The position numbers and the translations under genes were made by a program. This document shows positions 1 through 10,776 of a stretch of DNA of 64,000 nt, piece by piece (the first letter of the stretch is position 1; every line of letters begins with the position of its first letter). The notes under the pieces are model-generated. The model was not told the origin of the DNA and did not search any database. It saw nothing but the letters and a program-made list of their open reading frames with translations. The DNA is from an uncultured delta proteobacterium (GTDB lineage: Bacteria; Myxococcota_A; Polyangia; Polyangiales; Polyangiaceae). The stretch lies in contig CAVQUB010000021.1 in NCBI GenBank assembly GCA_963716725.1, positions 32,001 to 96,000 of the forward strand. Reading direction: 5' to 3'.

Positions 1-621
1 CTCGCCGCCGACCGTGATCGTCTCGAAGCTGTGCTCGCTGCCCACCAGCAGCTCTTCGGCGAGAGCGGGTCGGGTCGGCGACGCGGCAATCGCAGTGAGT
101 GCGGCGCGAAGTTCGTCGCCGGTGCGCACGCGCCAGGTCGCAGCGCAGGCCATGCCCGCCGGGGGCTTGAGCACCATCGGTAAGCCGACCTCGCCGACGA
201 AGGCCTCGGCGTCCGCCCAGGAGTGGATCAGGCGGTGTCGCGCGCAGGGCAGGCCGTGCCGGCGGAGCTCGTCCTTCATGCGGGCCTTGTCGCGGAACAA
301 ATCCGCGGTGGCGGGGTCGGTGCCGGGCACCCCCAGCGCTCGGCGCACCTCACCGAGCTGAACCTGGAGCGGCTCGAGGATCCCAAGCACCCGGTGCAGC
401 TTGCCGTGCCGGCGCTGGAGCAGCTGCGCGGCCTCGATCAGCTGTCGGCTGTCGAGCCCGTCGGCGACCTGGACCTGGTCGGCAAAGAGGGCGCGGCTCT
501 GGCCCGCCACCAGCTCTTGACCGATGCCGAGCAGACGCACACCGCTGACGGCCGCCGCCGCGCGGGCGAAGCGCAGGGTGGTTTCCAGTGGAAAGGGCGC
601 GACGAACACCACATTTCGCAT
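1..621 (-). CDS. ATP-grasp domain protein; 3' end lies beyond the window edge
   Basis: Absent from the ORF track because there is no stop in the window. Manual translation from ATG 621: MRNVVFVAPFPLETTLRFARA...FRDKARMKDELRRHGLPCARH...VGLPMVLKPPAGMAC...LAEELLVGSEHSFETITVGGE, carrying ATP-grasp RDK..MK, P.VLKP..G and E.SF motifs. Confidence 0.85.
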   Translation of the reverse strand, partial: MRNVVFVAPFPLETTLRFARAAAAVSGVRLLGIGQELVAGQSRALFADQVQVADGLDSRQLIEAAQLLQRRHGKLHRVLGILEPLQVQLGEVRRALGVPGTDPATADLFRDKARMKDELRRHGLPCARHRLIHSWADAEAFVGEVGLPMVLKPPAGMACAATWRVRTGDELRAALTAIAASPTRPALAEELLVGSEHSFETITVGGE

Positions 622-644
622 GCGTTGCCTTGTACCATCAGCCC

Positions 645-1862
645 ATGAAGGTCGTCTTCCTTGCACCGAGCTACCCGCCCGAAATGCAACAGTACACGCG
701 GGGTCTCGCCGAGGTCGGCGCGGAGGTCTACGGAGTCGGCGACACGCCACGGACGTCGCTGCCGTCATCGCTGAAGCAGCACCTGGCCGACTACCTGCAA
801 GTGCCCCGCATCCTCGACGAAGAAGACGTCGTGGCGCGCGTGAGCGCGTGGCTGCGCGGACGCGAAGTGGATCGCGTGCTGGCAAACTGGGAGGTCGCAG
901 TGCTGACCGCCGCGCGGCTCCGCGAGCGCTTTGGAATGCCAGGCATGAGCGTGGACACGGTGCGTGGCTTTCGTGACAAGCAATTGATGAAGGAGCGCGT
1001 CAGTCGCGCCGGGTTGCGGACGCCGCGGTCGGAGCGAGTGCGCACGTCGACCGAGACGCGCGCCGCGGCCGCGCGCATCGGCTACCCGCTGATCTCGAAG
1101 CCCATCTCGGGCGCTGGCAGCGCCGACACCTTCAAGGTGCGGGACGCGAGCGAACTCGAGAGCGCGTTGGTCAAGATGCAGCATGTAGAGGTCGCCAGCT
1201 GTGAGGAGTACATCAGCGGCGAAGAGTTCACCTTCGACACGGTTTGCGTGGGCGGCGTGCCGCTCTACACCAACGTCGCGCAGTACCTGCCGCCTCCGCT
1301 GCTCGCGCGTAGCGAGGAGTGGATCAGCCCCATCATCATCACGGTGCGCGACATGGACCAGCCGAAGATTGCCGCCGGAGTAGCCCTGGGCAAGCAGGTG
1401 CTCGGCGCGCTGGGCATGGGCGACGGCTTCACCCACATGGAGTGGTTCCGCAAGCCCGATGGCGAGGTGGTGTTCGGTGAAATCGGCTGCCGGCCCGGCG
1501 GAGCGAACCTGGTCGACCAGATGAACTACACCGGCGACATCGACCTGTTCCGCGAGTGGGCTCGGGCCGTGTGCTGGGGCCGCTTCGATGCGCCCACCCG
1601 CCGCAAGTACAACGCAGCCATCATCTTCAAACGGGCCAAGGGCCAGGGCCGAATCACGCGCATCGACGGGCTCGGCTCGTTCATGCGCAAGTACGGCGCT
1701 CACGTGGTGGAAGAACGGTTGCTCAGGCCCGGCACGCCGCGCCGCAACTGGAAGCACACCCTGATCTCGGACGGGCATATCATGCTGCGTCACCCCGATT
1801 GGGAGTCGACCTACGAGATGGCCCAGGCCGCAGCGACCGAAGTGACACTCTGGGCCGAGTGA
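645..1862 (+). CDS. ATP-grasp domain protein (carboxylate-amine ligase)
   Basis: FRDKQLMK, GYPLISKPISGAGS, EEYISGEE, THMEWF, GEIGCRPGG. Start moved to ATG 645 (MKVVFLAP), which matches the N-termini of the paralogs. Confidence 0.9.
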   Translation: MKVVFLAPSYPPEMQQYTRGLAEVGAEVYGVGDTPRTSLPSSLKQHLADYLQVPRILDEEDVVARVSAWLRGREVDRVLANWEVAVLTAARLRERFGMPGMSVDTVRGFRDKQLMKERVSRAGLRTPRSERVRTSTETRAAAARIGYPLISKPISGAGSADTFKVRDASELESALVKMQHVEVASCEEYISGEEFTFDTVCVGGVPLYTNVAQYLPPPLLARSEEWISPIIITVRDMDQPKIAAGVALGKQVLGALGMGDGFTHMEWFRKPDGEVVFGEIGCRPGGANLVDQMNYTGDIDLFREWARAVCWGRFDAPTRRKYNAAIIFKRAKGQGRITRIDGLGSFMRKYGAHVVEERLLRPGTPRRNWKHTLISDGHIMLRHPDWESTYEMAQAAATEVTLWAE

Positions 1863-1872
1863 CGCGCCAACG

Positions 1873-2634
1873 TCACGCCCTTGGCGGCCCATGCGGCCGG
1901 CCTTCGACCCAGCGTCGGTAAGCTGGGGGCGGAAAGAACGCCAGGCCGATGCACAGCGCCGAGATCGTCGCGAGCAGCGAGACGGTGCTCAGCGCCCACA
2001 CGTGCGCGCGGAGCCCTGTGCCGTAGACCAGACGATGCACGATGCTGACGGAGAAACCCAGGGAGGAGCTGCCGATGCCGATGCCCCAGAGCGCCACCCG
2101 GTTGACGACGAGGGGCTGGGCCAAGCCGATGCGCTGGCGCAGGCGCAGGTTGTGGTGCAGCCGAAGGCATTCGATGGCCATCCAGGTCGGCGCCGCGCCG
2201 CGGGCCGCGAGAGCGAGCGGCACGTAGGGGCCGGTGATCGGGGTCAGATCCGAGTAGCGGAGCAGCTCGCCCGACAGCGCTTCCCCGACGAATGCCAGCG
2301 CGATCAGGGCGGTCAGCGTGCCCGCGAGGGCGCCGGCCCACGCTTCGCGCGGACGAAAGACCCGCCATGAGAACGCGATCAGCGCGACGTCGCCAATGCA
2401 CTCGATGGAGAGCCCGATCATGGTGAGGACTTCCCGCTGCTCCACGGTGCCTTCGACGAAGAGCTTGCCGGCCGTCCCGACTGCGTAGGCGAGAAAGCCG
2501 ACGCAGAGCATGGCGACGGCCAAGAGCAGCTCCGGGAGCTTGCGCGTCCGCCACCAAAGCGCGAGCACTCGCAGGCCCACCAGCAGCGACGTGAGCATGA
2601 AGAGCACGAGCCCGCTGACGCTGATGACGCTCAC
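1873..2634 (-). CDS. Multi-pass membrane protein of unknown function
   Basis: About seven hydrophobic segments; start overlaps the stop of the upstream ORF. Confidence 0.7.
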   Translation of the reverse strand: MSVISVSGLVLFMLTSLLVGLRVLALWWRTRKLPELLLAVAMLCVGFLAYAVGTAGKLFVEGTVEQREVLTMIGLSIECIGDVALIAFSWRVFRPREAWAGALAGTLTALIALAFVGEALSGELLRYSDLTPITGPYVPLALAARGAAPTWMAIECLRLHHNLRLRQRIGLAQPLVVNRVALWGIGIGSSSLGFSVSIVHRLVYGTGLRAHVWALSTVSLLATISALCIGLAFFPPPAYRRWVEGRPHGPPRA

Positions 2635-2966
2635 TTTCGGCCCCGCCTGGTGGTGTCGGACTCGAGTCGGTCGAAGAGCTCGTAGGCGGTGTCCTCGTGG
2701 GTGTCCGGACGGGAGGCGCCAACCACGACCAGGTCATGGCAGAGCGCCCGGCAGAGCGACGCGGCGTCGTCCACCTTGCGTTTGGCGAGGGCGGCGGACA
2801 TCAGGCGTTCGAGCACCACCAACATCTGCCGGGAGGTCACGCTGCTCGGGTCGAGGCCCACGTCGCGCAGCACCAGGCGCACGGTGCCGCGGGCCTCGAG
2901 CGCCGACATTTTGGTGCGCGCTTCGAGTTCCGCGCACACCCACTCGAATGTGTTCGAACCGGTCAC
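2631..2966 (-). CDS. Small hypothetical protein
   Basis: 111 aa, helical-looking, overlaps the next gene by 4 nt (GTGA). Confidence 0.65.
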   Translation of the reverse strand: MTGSNTFEWVCAELEARTKMSALEARGTVRLVLRDVGLDPSSVTSRQMLVVLERLMSAALAKRKVDDAASLCRALCHDLVVVGASRPDTHEDTAYELFDRLESDTTRRGRK

Positions 2967-2994
2967 GGGCTTGAAGCCGGAAGCGTAACCCGAG

Positions 2995-4665
2995 TCAGCC
3001 TCTCGGAGCGACCGCCGTGACCGACCCGTCAGGGGAAATGCGGAGGCCGAGGACGCCTCGCTCCCCGGACAGTTCGAGCAGCAAAACGGCAGCGGAACGC
3101 CGCGCGACGAGGTTCATGGAGACGACGCTTCCGGCCAGCACCCGGCGCCCCGACGACACACCGTCGTCGAACACGAGCAGGTCCGTCGCGGCCGGCAGGC
3201 CCCCGGGATCGGCGAGCCGCGCTCGGATCCCCCGGCTGGCCGAGCGCCAAACCACCAGCAGCTTGCCCTCGAGACCGGCGGCGACGACCTCGCCCGACCG
3301 TTTGCCGGTCGGACGGATCGCGTCCGGCGCGCCGTCGAGCATGGCGTCGACTTCGATCTCGCTGCTCACGCAGCCGAGCTTGGTGCAGATGGCGTGCTGC
3401 GCCACGTAGCCGATCGTGTCGGTGTCCGAACGCTTGCGTGATACCTCCACGACCCGAGTCAGCGTGACCGCGCTCCCGCTGCACGAGAGAGCGCGCGCCC
3501 CAGCCTTGGCGTCCGCGCGCAGCTTCGCACGATGCACGGCCGAGGCGGTCTCGCCGGACAAGAACACGACGCGGGAATCCGAGCCGCGCGAGAGCACCAC
3601 GGCCAGCTCTTCCTTGGTACGACAGCCTTCGATGCTGTCGGGCACCAGCTCGATCACTCCGTGATCGACGGGCTTTCCGAGCCCGAGCGGCTCGCGCGTC
3701 AGCGCAGCGGACATCAAGTGATCCCAGTCGTCGTCGTGACCCCGCGCCACCCACACCATTCGGTCCGAGAACAGGCCGAGCCGCTTGAACGACAGGTCGA
3801 GCTCGAGGGGGGTGTCACGCTTCGCGCCCGTCCACGACGAGAGCCTCCACCCCCGATCGGGCTGCTCCGAGGGTTCGAGGGTGACGAAGGAGTCTGCTCC
3901 GTGCGTGTGGGCGTACACGGCGCGATCCGGACTTTTGGCATCGAAGAGCGTGCCGGTGTCGGCGCGGAAGAAGCGCTGCACTCGGCTGTCAGGCAGCAGG
4001 TGATCGCTGATCCATAGCGACCCGGCCTCGTCTCCGGGGGGCCAGAGCACGAAACCCTGGGCGCCAACCGGCGCGTGCTTTGCCAGCGATCCACAGCTCG
4101 CAGCGTCGAGCCGCTCCGAGAAGGAGCAGAGCTTGCTGCGTCCGATGACCAGGTTGAGGCGCGCGCTGGGCACGGGATCGCTGGTGGTCCCCGCGAGCGT
4201 TGCCCGCTCGGCGATGAGCGGCAAACTATCGTCGGGGGCAGCTGCGGCTGGCGGCGCTCTAGGCACGTCGGGCGCTGGCTCGACTCCGGCCACGAGCGCC
4301 GGGATGCTCAGCGCCGTCGGCTCGCGTTCGAAGCGCCCGAGGTCGAAGCCTTTGCCCCAGGCCGCGCGCACCTCGGAAGCGTCGGCCTTCTGCCCCGCGC
4401 GCTCGAGCGCTTCGGCAAGACGGGTCGCCACCGCATCGCATCGCGCCGGCCAATCCGCGGGCGGTCCGCCGATCATGATGCGGTGCAGGCGAAGCTCCGC
4501 GCCTTCGCCCGCCGCGAGGGGCGCGCCCAAGAGACAGTGCGCCAAGGAAGCGGCGGCCACCTGCGCGGCACGAGTCGCTCGCTTCGCCATGAACAGCCAA
4601 GCACCCACGCCGCAGGCGGCGAGCAGCACGACGGCGACGACCCCAGCCACGACTCGCCTCGACAT
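2995..4665 (-). CDS. Membrane-anchored or exported hypothetical protein
   Basis: 556-aa ORF with N-terminal hydrophobic segment; TATCAT box 7 nt upstream of ATG. Confidence 0.65.
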   Translation of the reverse strand: MSRRVVAGVVAVVLLAACGVGAWLFMAKRATRAAQVAAASLAHCLLGAPLAAGEGAELRLHRIMIGGPPADWPARCDAVATRLAEALERAGQKADASEVRAAWGKGFDLGRFEREPTALSIPALVAGVEPAPDVPRAPPAAAAPDDSLPLIAERATLAGTTSDPVPSARLNLVIGRSKLCSFSERLDAASCGSLAKHAPVGAQGFVLWPPGDEAGSLWISDHLLPDSRVQRFFRADTGTLFDAKSPDRAVYAHTHGADSFVTLEPSEQPDRGWRLSSWTGAKRDTPLELDLSFKRLGLFSDRMVWVARGHDDDWDHLMSAALTREPLGLGKPVDHGVIELVPDSIEGCRTKEELAVVLSRGSDSRVVFLSGETASAVHRAKLRADAKAGARALSCSGSAVTLTRVVEVSRKRSDTDTIGYVAQHAICTKLGCVSSEIEVDAMLDGAPDAIRPTGKRSGEVVAAGLEGKLLVVWRSASRGIRARLADPGGLPAATDLLVFDDGVSSGRRVLAGSVVSMNLVARRSAAVLLLELSGERGVLGLRISPDGSVTAVAPRG

Positions 4666-4695
4666 CGGGGCGATGATAGCGCCGAACGCCGAAGC

Positions 4696-5820
4696 TCAGG
4701 GTGAATCGCAGTCGCTCAGCTCGCTGAGCGGGACCAAGAGCTGCGCATCGTCCGCGAGCTTCAGCCACCGCGCCTGGGGAACGGACACCTGGACGAGGGC
4801 CATCCGCTCTTGACGGCCTGGCGGATCGGCGCCCGGAGGCGCCGCCGGCGGCTCGAGGCTGTTGAAGAACGTGCCCTTGCGAATGATGCCGATCTTGGCG
4901 CGCGCCCCGCCGGCCTCGGCGACGAGCGTGAGGTCGCGAGCGCACTTGCGATTGCCTCGCGCGCTCGAGGAGCGAGACCCGAATCTTCCAAGCCCGATGC
5001 CGTAGCCGCTGCCGCCTCGCCGAGGGCCGAGGTCTGCCGAGGCGACCCAACCGAAGAGCACGAAGCTCGAAGCATCGACCAAGATCCTGGTGTGGAGCCC
5101 GCGAACCTCGACGACCTCGACTCCGATGCCCTGCCGAAGCCGCGCCGAAGCCGTCCCAGCGCGCTCCGCCGAGAGCTCGGCGCCAGCCCGGGCGACGTCG
5201 CGTTCCGTCAGGTTCTTCCGCCGGGTGACGTGCTCGCGCGCCGAGTATTCGACGGCGTTCAACACGATGAGCTCGCAGGCAAGGCGATCCGTCACCAGCT
5301 CCGGCGATTCGAGCAGCTTGCTCGCGTCGAGGCCCACATCGAGTGAACCCGCCGCACCACCCACCCAGGTCAGCGCAGCCGACGACTTGGGGACTAGGAT
5401 GCCTGCCAACGCGTGGGCCTTCGCAGCGCGCAGCGTCACGTCCGCTTCGCGCGCGAAACCCCTCACGATCAGCTGTCCGTCATCGAACACCGCCGTCGGC
5501 GCCGCGGGCGCACCCGCGGGCATGACCAAGGTGACCGGCGCGTTGGTGACGCTCGCAAACGCGGGTCCACCCTGGCGGATCAGCAAGCTCGACAGTGACC
5601 ACTGCTTCTCGACGATGCGGCAGGCGACGCTCGCGGGCTCGTGCACCACGGGCAGAGTCGGCACGGCGTCGACGGGGGACGTCTCGGCCCCGGCGCTGGC
5701 GGCCGGAAGGGGGATCTCGATCTTGGTGGGACCCGGTTCGCCGCTCGGAGCTGGCGCTGGCCCTCGCGCCGCGCAACCCGAGATCGCGACGGCGGTGAGC
5801 GTCCACGCCGCGCTCCGCAT
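4696..5820 (-). CDS. Putative lipoprotein
   Basis: Lipobox-like AISGC followed by a Pro/Ala linker. Confidence 0.65.
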   Translation of the reverse strand: MRSAAWTLTAVAISGCAARGPAPAPSGEPGPTKIEIPLPAASAGAETSPVDAVPTLPVVHEPASVACRIVEKQWSLSSLLIRQGGPAFASVTNAPVTLVMPAGAPAAPTAVFDDGQLIVRGFAREADVTLRAAKAHALAGILVPKSSAALTWVGGAAGSLDVGLDASKLLESPELVTDRLACELIVLNAVEYSAREHVTRRKNLTERDVARAGAELSAERAGTASARLRQGIGVEVVEVRGLHTRILVDASSFVLFGWVASADLGPRRGGSGYGIGLGRFGSRSSSARGNRKCARDLTLVAEAGGARAKIGIIRKGTFFNSLEPPAAPPGADPPGRQERMALVQVSVPQARWLKLADDAQLLVPLSELSDCDSP

Positions 5821-5825
5821 GGTCT

Positions 5826-6746
5826 TCAGTCCACCGCGCGCCCGACGAAGAATCCGTCGGAACCCAGCGCCTGATAGAGCGGCAGGAGCACCAGGCAGTC
5901 GTTGGGCGCTCGGATTTCTCCGCTGCGGTCCCGCGCGATGAGCGTGCCCGCGGTGGTGGGATGAATGGTGGTGAACCCGGGCTCCATCCTGAAGTCGTGA
6001 TCCGGCGCCACGGCGTGGCGCGAGAGCACCTCGATCAGCTTGGGCAGAGCGCCCCGGGCCCGCTCGAGTACCGCGTTTGCGTCGTCGATCTCGGGCAGGT
6101 GCTGCTTCGCAAAGACCCCGCTCGCCACCAAGGCGACGGTCACCGCGGCGACCAGGTGGTCACGCGCCTTGGCGCCATCGTGCTGTCCGCCCTCCACCGC
6201 AAAGGTCACGCAGCCACGCCGGCCGAGGTAGCTCGTGAGCACACCGGGGAGCTGGCTCTCGAGGCCCACCATGCACGGCAGCGCAAAATGCGAGGCGAAG
6301 GCCCGATGCTCTTGGGTGGGACCCACGACGCCGAAGGGCGTGCCTTCGGAAGAGGTCGTGTGCAGGTCGAGCACGTACACCGGACCGCGGGCGCGGGCCA
6401 TGATGGCGTCGATGGCATCCGCTAGCTCTACGGTCTCGTGGAACTCGGCCTCAGCCGGATCGTCCGTGGCGGCAGCAACCATGCCGCGCGCCTCGACGAC
6501 GCGGTCTTCGGTCCATTGGCGGTTCAGATCGCGGTCGAGATAACGTCTCCGCGCGACCAGCGCCCGAAGGTTGCCCGCGAGCGCGATGACCTCACCCACC
6601 AGCGGCGTCTTGTCGTGCCGGAGGCGCGACAGCACGATGCGCGCCGCTTCCATGCCGGCGGGCTCGTTGCCGTGCAGCCCACCGACGAGGATCAGCGTTG
6701 GCCCCGGCGCGCTGCCAGCGATGCGATTGATCTGTCGAGCGGTCAA
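5826..6746 (-). CDS. Succinylglutamate desuccinylase/aspartoacylase family (M14-type Zn deacylase)
   Basis: GGLHGNEPAG, RDLNR, LDLHTTS and VEGG motifs; coupled to the upstream gene (TTGA overlap). Confidence 0.88.
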   Translation of the reverse strand: MTARQINRIAGSAPGPTLILVGGLHGNEPAGMEAARIVLSRLRHDKTPLVGEVIALAGNLRALVARRRYLDRDLNRQWTEDRVVEARGMVAAATDDPAEAEFHETVELADAIDAIMARARGPVYVLDLHTTSSEGTPFGVVGPTQEHRAFASHFALPCMVGLESQLPGVLTSYLGRRGCVTFAVEGGQHDGAKARDHLVAAVTVALVASGVFAKQHLPEIDDANAVLERARGALPKLIEVLSRHAVAPDHDFRMEPGFTTIHPTTAGTLIARDRSGEIRAPNDCLVLLPLYQALGSDGFFVGRAVD

Positions 6747-8739
6747 AGATCGTCCTCCTGGCTCGGACCGAGCAGACTACCAGCGTCCACGAAGCTCTTG
6801 AGCTCCGGCTCGCGGACCGGGCTGATCCCCAGCTTTTGCTCGATCAGCTTGTGAGCGATGGGCAAGAAGTCCTCGGTGTTGACGATGCCGACCAGGCGCT
6901 CGTTCTGCAAGACCGGCAGGCAGCCGATCCGGTAGCGCTGCATCAGTTTCAGCGCGTCGAGAGTGTCCGTCTCGGGCGTAATGGTCTTGACCTCGCGGCG
7001 CATGATCTTGGACACGGGAGTGTCTTTGGTGGAGCCGCCGGCCGCAAGAAAGCGCAGCAGGGACCGGTAGCTGACCAGCCCGATCAAGCGGTGGTCCTTG
7101 TCTTCCACGGGGATGTGCCGCAGCCGCTCCCAGTCCATCAGAATGTTGACCATCTCGACCGGGTCATCCGCGTGGACCGTGAACAGATCCGTGGTCATGT
7201 ACTGATCCACTTTGAGATAATTGTGGTGCGAGGCCGACGCCTCGTCGAGGCGAGCGCGTTCCCATTCGGCGACCGGACGCCGAGTGAGCTGTCGCTTGAC
7301 CGTGGCCGCGACCAGGGCGTTGGCCTTCTCGCCGGGGGTGCCCTTGTCTTTCAGCGCGTTCCACGACAAGAGCTGCCAGCGCGCGCCGGTGCGCGTGCTG
7401 CGAACACGCGCGTCGACGACGCCAAGGTAGCGCTTGATATCTGCCTCGTCGACCTTCTGGCGCCGGAGCCCGGACTCCGCGATGGGCAACAGCTTGTCGA
7501 GCACGAGAGGAACAGCAGCGACGTCCTTGCCGTCGAGCCAGCTGAAGGTCGAGCCGAGCCCCTCGCGGGCGGCGGTGTAGAAGTTCGAGCCCGCCGCGTC
7601 GAAGTCCATCCGTTTGTCGGCCTCGAAGCCCCGCGCCCCGAGCTCCGCCATCATCCCGAACCAGAAGGCTCCGTTCGCGACCTCGTCGACGACGCTGGGC
7701 CCCGCGGGCATCACGCGGTTCTCGATGCGCAGGTGCGCCTTGCCGTCGGTGACGCCGAAGCAGGCGCGGTTCCATCGGTAGATGGTGCCGTTGTGCAGAC
7801 GCAGGGCCTTGAGCTGCGGCAGCTCGCCGCGGTCGAGGACCGCCATCGGGTCTTCGTCGAGGTCCGTGCCGACGAGCGTGCGGAAGCGCGCGATGTCTTC
7901 CTGGAAGATCTCGACGATGGACTTGCGCACCCAGCGCGTGCCGAAGCTGACCCGGGCCTCGCTCTCGCGCAGGTGCAGGTGTGGCTGCGCGTGTCGACCG
8001 CCTGTCGGAAGAGCGCGATGCGCGTCTCGGCCCACAGCCGGCGTCCGAACAGGAGCGGCGAGTTGGCCGAGATCGACATCATGGGCCCGGCCAGGAGCTG
8101 CGCCAGGTTGTACATGCGCGCGAACTCCGCCGGCTCGACCTGAAGGTGGACCTGGAAGCTCGAGTTGCAGGCCTCGACCATCACCGAGTCGTGCTCGATG
8201 ATGAGCTCGTCGAGCCCCTTGATGGAGATCTCGAACTTGCCGTCGCGCAGCTCGTGCATCGACCTTGCCGAGGGTCTGGTAGCGCGGGCTCGGCACCATG
8301 TTGTCCAGGCCGAGGTCGCTCTTGCGCATGGTCGGCAGGATGCCCATCAGCACCGGCTGCAGGTCGATCTCCGCGGCGGCCTTGCGCGCCTTCTCCATCA
8401 GCTCGTCGAGCTGCCTCTCCATGCGCGAGAGGCCATCGCCCGCCAGCGGCTGAGGATCGCAGTTCGCCTCGAGCTGGAACAGGCCGAGCTCGGTGGTGAA
8501 GTGATCGTCGTCCAGACGCTTCGAGCATCTCGAGGGCGCCCGGCGCCGGGGCCCAGGCCTGATCGACCAGGAACATCTCCTGCTCGGCGCCGATGCGCCG
8601 CACGCCGGTCTCGAACAGACCCTCCTTCAGCATGCGCTCGAGCGCGCGCAGATCCCCGAGAATCGCGTGCGGTGAACTCCCGGCGCTGCTGCGCGTCACT
8701 CTCGGGGTCCACCGCTTTGTGTGATCTCGTAGTCGTCAT
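6743..8739 (-). CDS. Glutamate--cysteine ligase (GCS2) family protein with C-terminal CBS pair; frameshifted in this sequence
   Basis: Pieces in three frames: RIGAEQEMFLVD; GILPTMRKSDL; EACNSSFQVHLQV..SANSP; NGTIYRWNR..LRIENRVMPAGP; CBS MTTDLFTV..RHIPV..GCLPV. Confidence 0.85.
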
Positions 8740-8752
8740 CCCCAGCCCCGTC

Positions 8753-9493
8753 TCACTTGGTCCATTCGGTCGAGGTACTGCGGCAGCATCTTGCGCCAAG
8801 TCACCCAGTCGTGGTGCCAGTCGCGGCCCCACGAGTCGACTCGGTTGGGGATGCCCTGCGACCCAGCGTGTTCGCCATCGCCCACGACTCGCCGATGTCC
8901 TCGGCGCGACCCTCGCCGCTGCACATCAGGATGAAGCGCGTGCGCAGCACGTCGAGGTGCCGGCCGGCCAAGCGTCGGCACGAAGTGGAGCGGCGACGAC
9001 ACCCAGAACTCGTCGCTGAAACTCGCTCGGCGTCGTAGAAGCGACGAAGGTCGTAGGTCCCGCTCATGGCGAGCGCGCGGGAGAAGACGTCGGGGAAGCG
9101 GCACACCATCGCGACCGCGTGGAACGCGCCGATCGACGCGCCGGCGGCCCAGATCTCGATGTCCGGCGTTCTTGCAGTCGGCTCGGATGGCCGGCACGAC
9201 CTCGTGTCTTGATGTAGTAGTGGAACTGGTTCTGCATCCACATCTGGTGGCGGGCGGAGCCCGCGGCGCCCGAGCAGCGCTTGCCCGGCCACGCTGTCGC
9301 ACGAGTAGACCTTGATGCGTGCCGGCGTCGAGCAGCGGCGCGAGCGCGTCGATCATGTGGAAGCGCTCGATCTCCTCGGCGTCGCCGCCGGCGGTGGGGA
9401 AGATCAGCACGGGCTGCCCGAAGCTGCCCCACCGCAGCGAGCGTGACCTCGCGCTCGACAGCGCGGCGAGTACCAGCGCTCGACGGTCTTCAT
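8753..9493 (-). CDS. Putative esterase (alpha/beta hydrolase); frameshifted
   Basis: WGSFGQPVLIFPTAGGDAEEIERF; nucleophile elbow GASIG; AMSGTYD; WGRDWHHDWVTWRKMLPQYL across frames. Confidence 0.8.
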
Positions 9494-10762
9494 GCTCGCG
9501 GCTGCCTGCCTGCGTCGGCGCGCCACGTTCTGGACCCGATTCCAGAACAGCTCGGTGAACTGCTCGACCTCGTGCGCCGGGAAGAGCGCCGCGACCTTCT
9601 TGCGGACGGCGTCCTTCGCGTCGGGCGTGCCGAAGAACTCCCAGGCGACCTCGTCGAGGTGCGGCAGGTGCTGCTGCGCAGAACTCCTCGAAGCGCGCCG
9701 TCTCGAAGCGCTCCTCGGCGATGCGCCGCGTAGGCGCGCGAGCTTGTCGCGGTAGGGCATGCTCCGCATCGGCCGCGACCTCGTAGAAGGGCGCCCAGTC
9801 CAGGTTCATGCGCAACGGGCCGCTTCGTCACCGCGCAGAAGATCGCACCAGCGGATGTTGGCCTTCACGCAGCCACGGGAAGTGGTAGTGCAGCGACGTC
9901 ACCTGCGAGTCCGGGCAGGGGTTGGCGAAGTCGATGGGGTACCAGACGCCGTCCTTGCGCAGCGACTCGCAGGAGTTGAAGTCCCAGCCGAAGAACGCGT
10001 TGATGGTCAGCGTGATGTCGCGCAGGGGCTGCGCGTCGTCGCCGGCGAGGAAGTCGCCTCTTGGTCCATGGTGTAGCGGTCGTGGAGCGGCGCGTCGGGG
10101 TCGTAGCGCACGATGCGGGTCTGCGGGCCGAGGCCGATGCAGCGCACGAAGCGGTCGAAGGGCTCGCACCGCCGCCTGCAGGTGCATCACCAGCTTGCCG
10201 CTCTCGTCGTAGCGCCTTGCGCAGCGCCGCCTCGTCGTCGATGCGGCTCACCGCCCTCCAGCCGCCGCCGTCGTAGGGCTTCATGAACATCGGATAGCCG
10301 AGCGTTCGCCCGATCTTGCCGAGGTCGAAGAGCTTGGCGTAGCTGCTGGAGCGTCGGCTTGCAGGTCCGGCAGCGGCTCGTAGCTCTTCGGCGGCACCAT
10401 CCAGGTCTCGGGGATGGGCATGCCGAGGTGCATCATGGCGCAGTAGGTCGTGTGCTTCTCCATGGACTGCACGGACCACGGGTTGTTGAACACGTAGAGG
10501 CCGTCCATGAGGATGGCCTTCTTGATCCACTCGCGGCTGGTGTGATACCAGTGCGTGAGCCGGTCGAGCACGACGTCGTAGCGGCACGGCTGGCGCAGAT
10601 CGAAGGGCTCGATGGTGACGCGCTCGACCTCGAAGCCGACGCGTGTCGCCCTGCCAGTCGGGATGGCGAGGTCGAGCTGCTGCAGGATCTGCTCGTAGCA
10701 GAGCGGCCAGCAGATGTCGGCGCCGAGCGAGAGGCCGATGTGCGCGTGACGATCGTCGCCAT
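9490..10762 (-). CDS. RimK/glutathione-synthetase-like ATP-grasp protein; frameshifted
   Basis: LDRLTHW, VFNNPWS, LGMPIPETW, GYPMFMKPYDGGGW, DFNSCE, IDFANPCPD distributed over several frames. Confidence 0.8.
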
Positions 10763-10776
10763 CGATCGTGTTCCCT

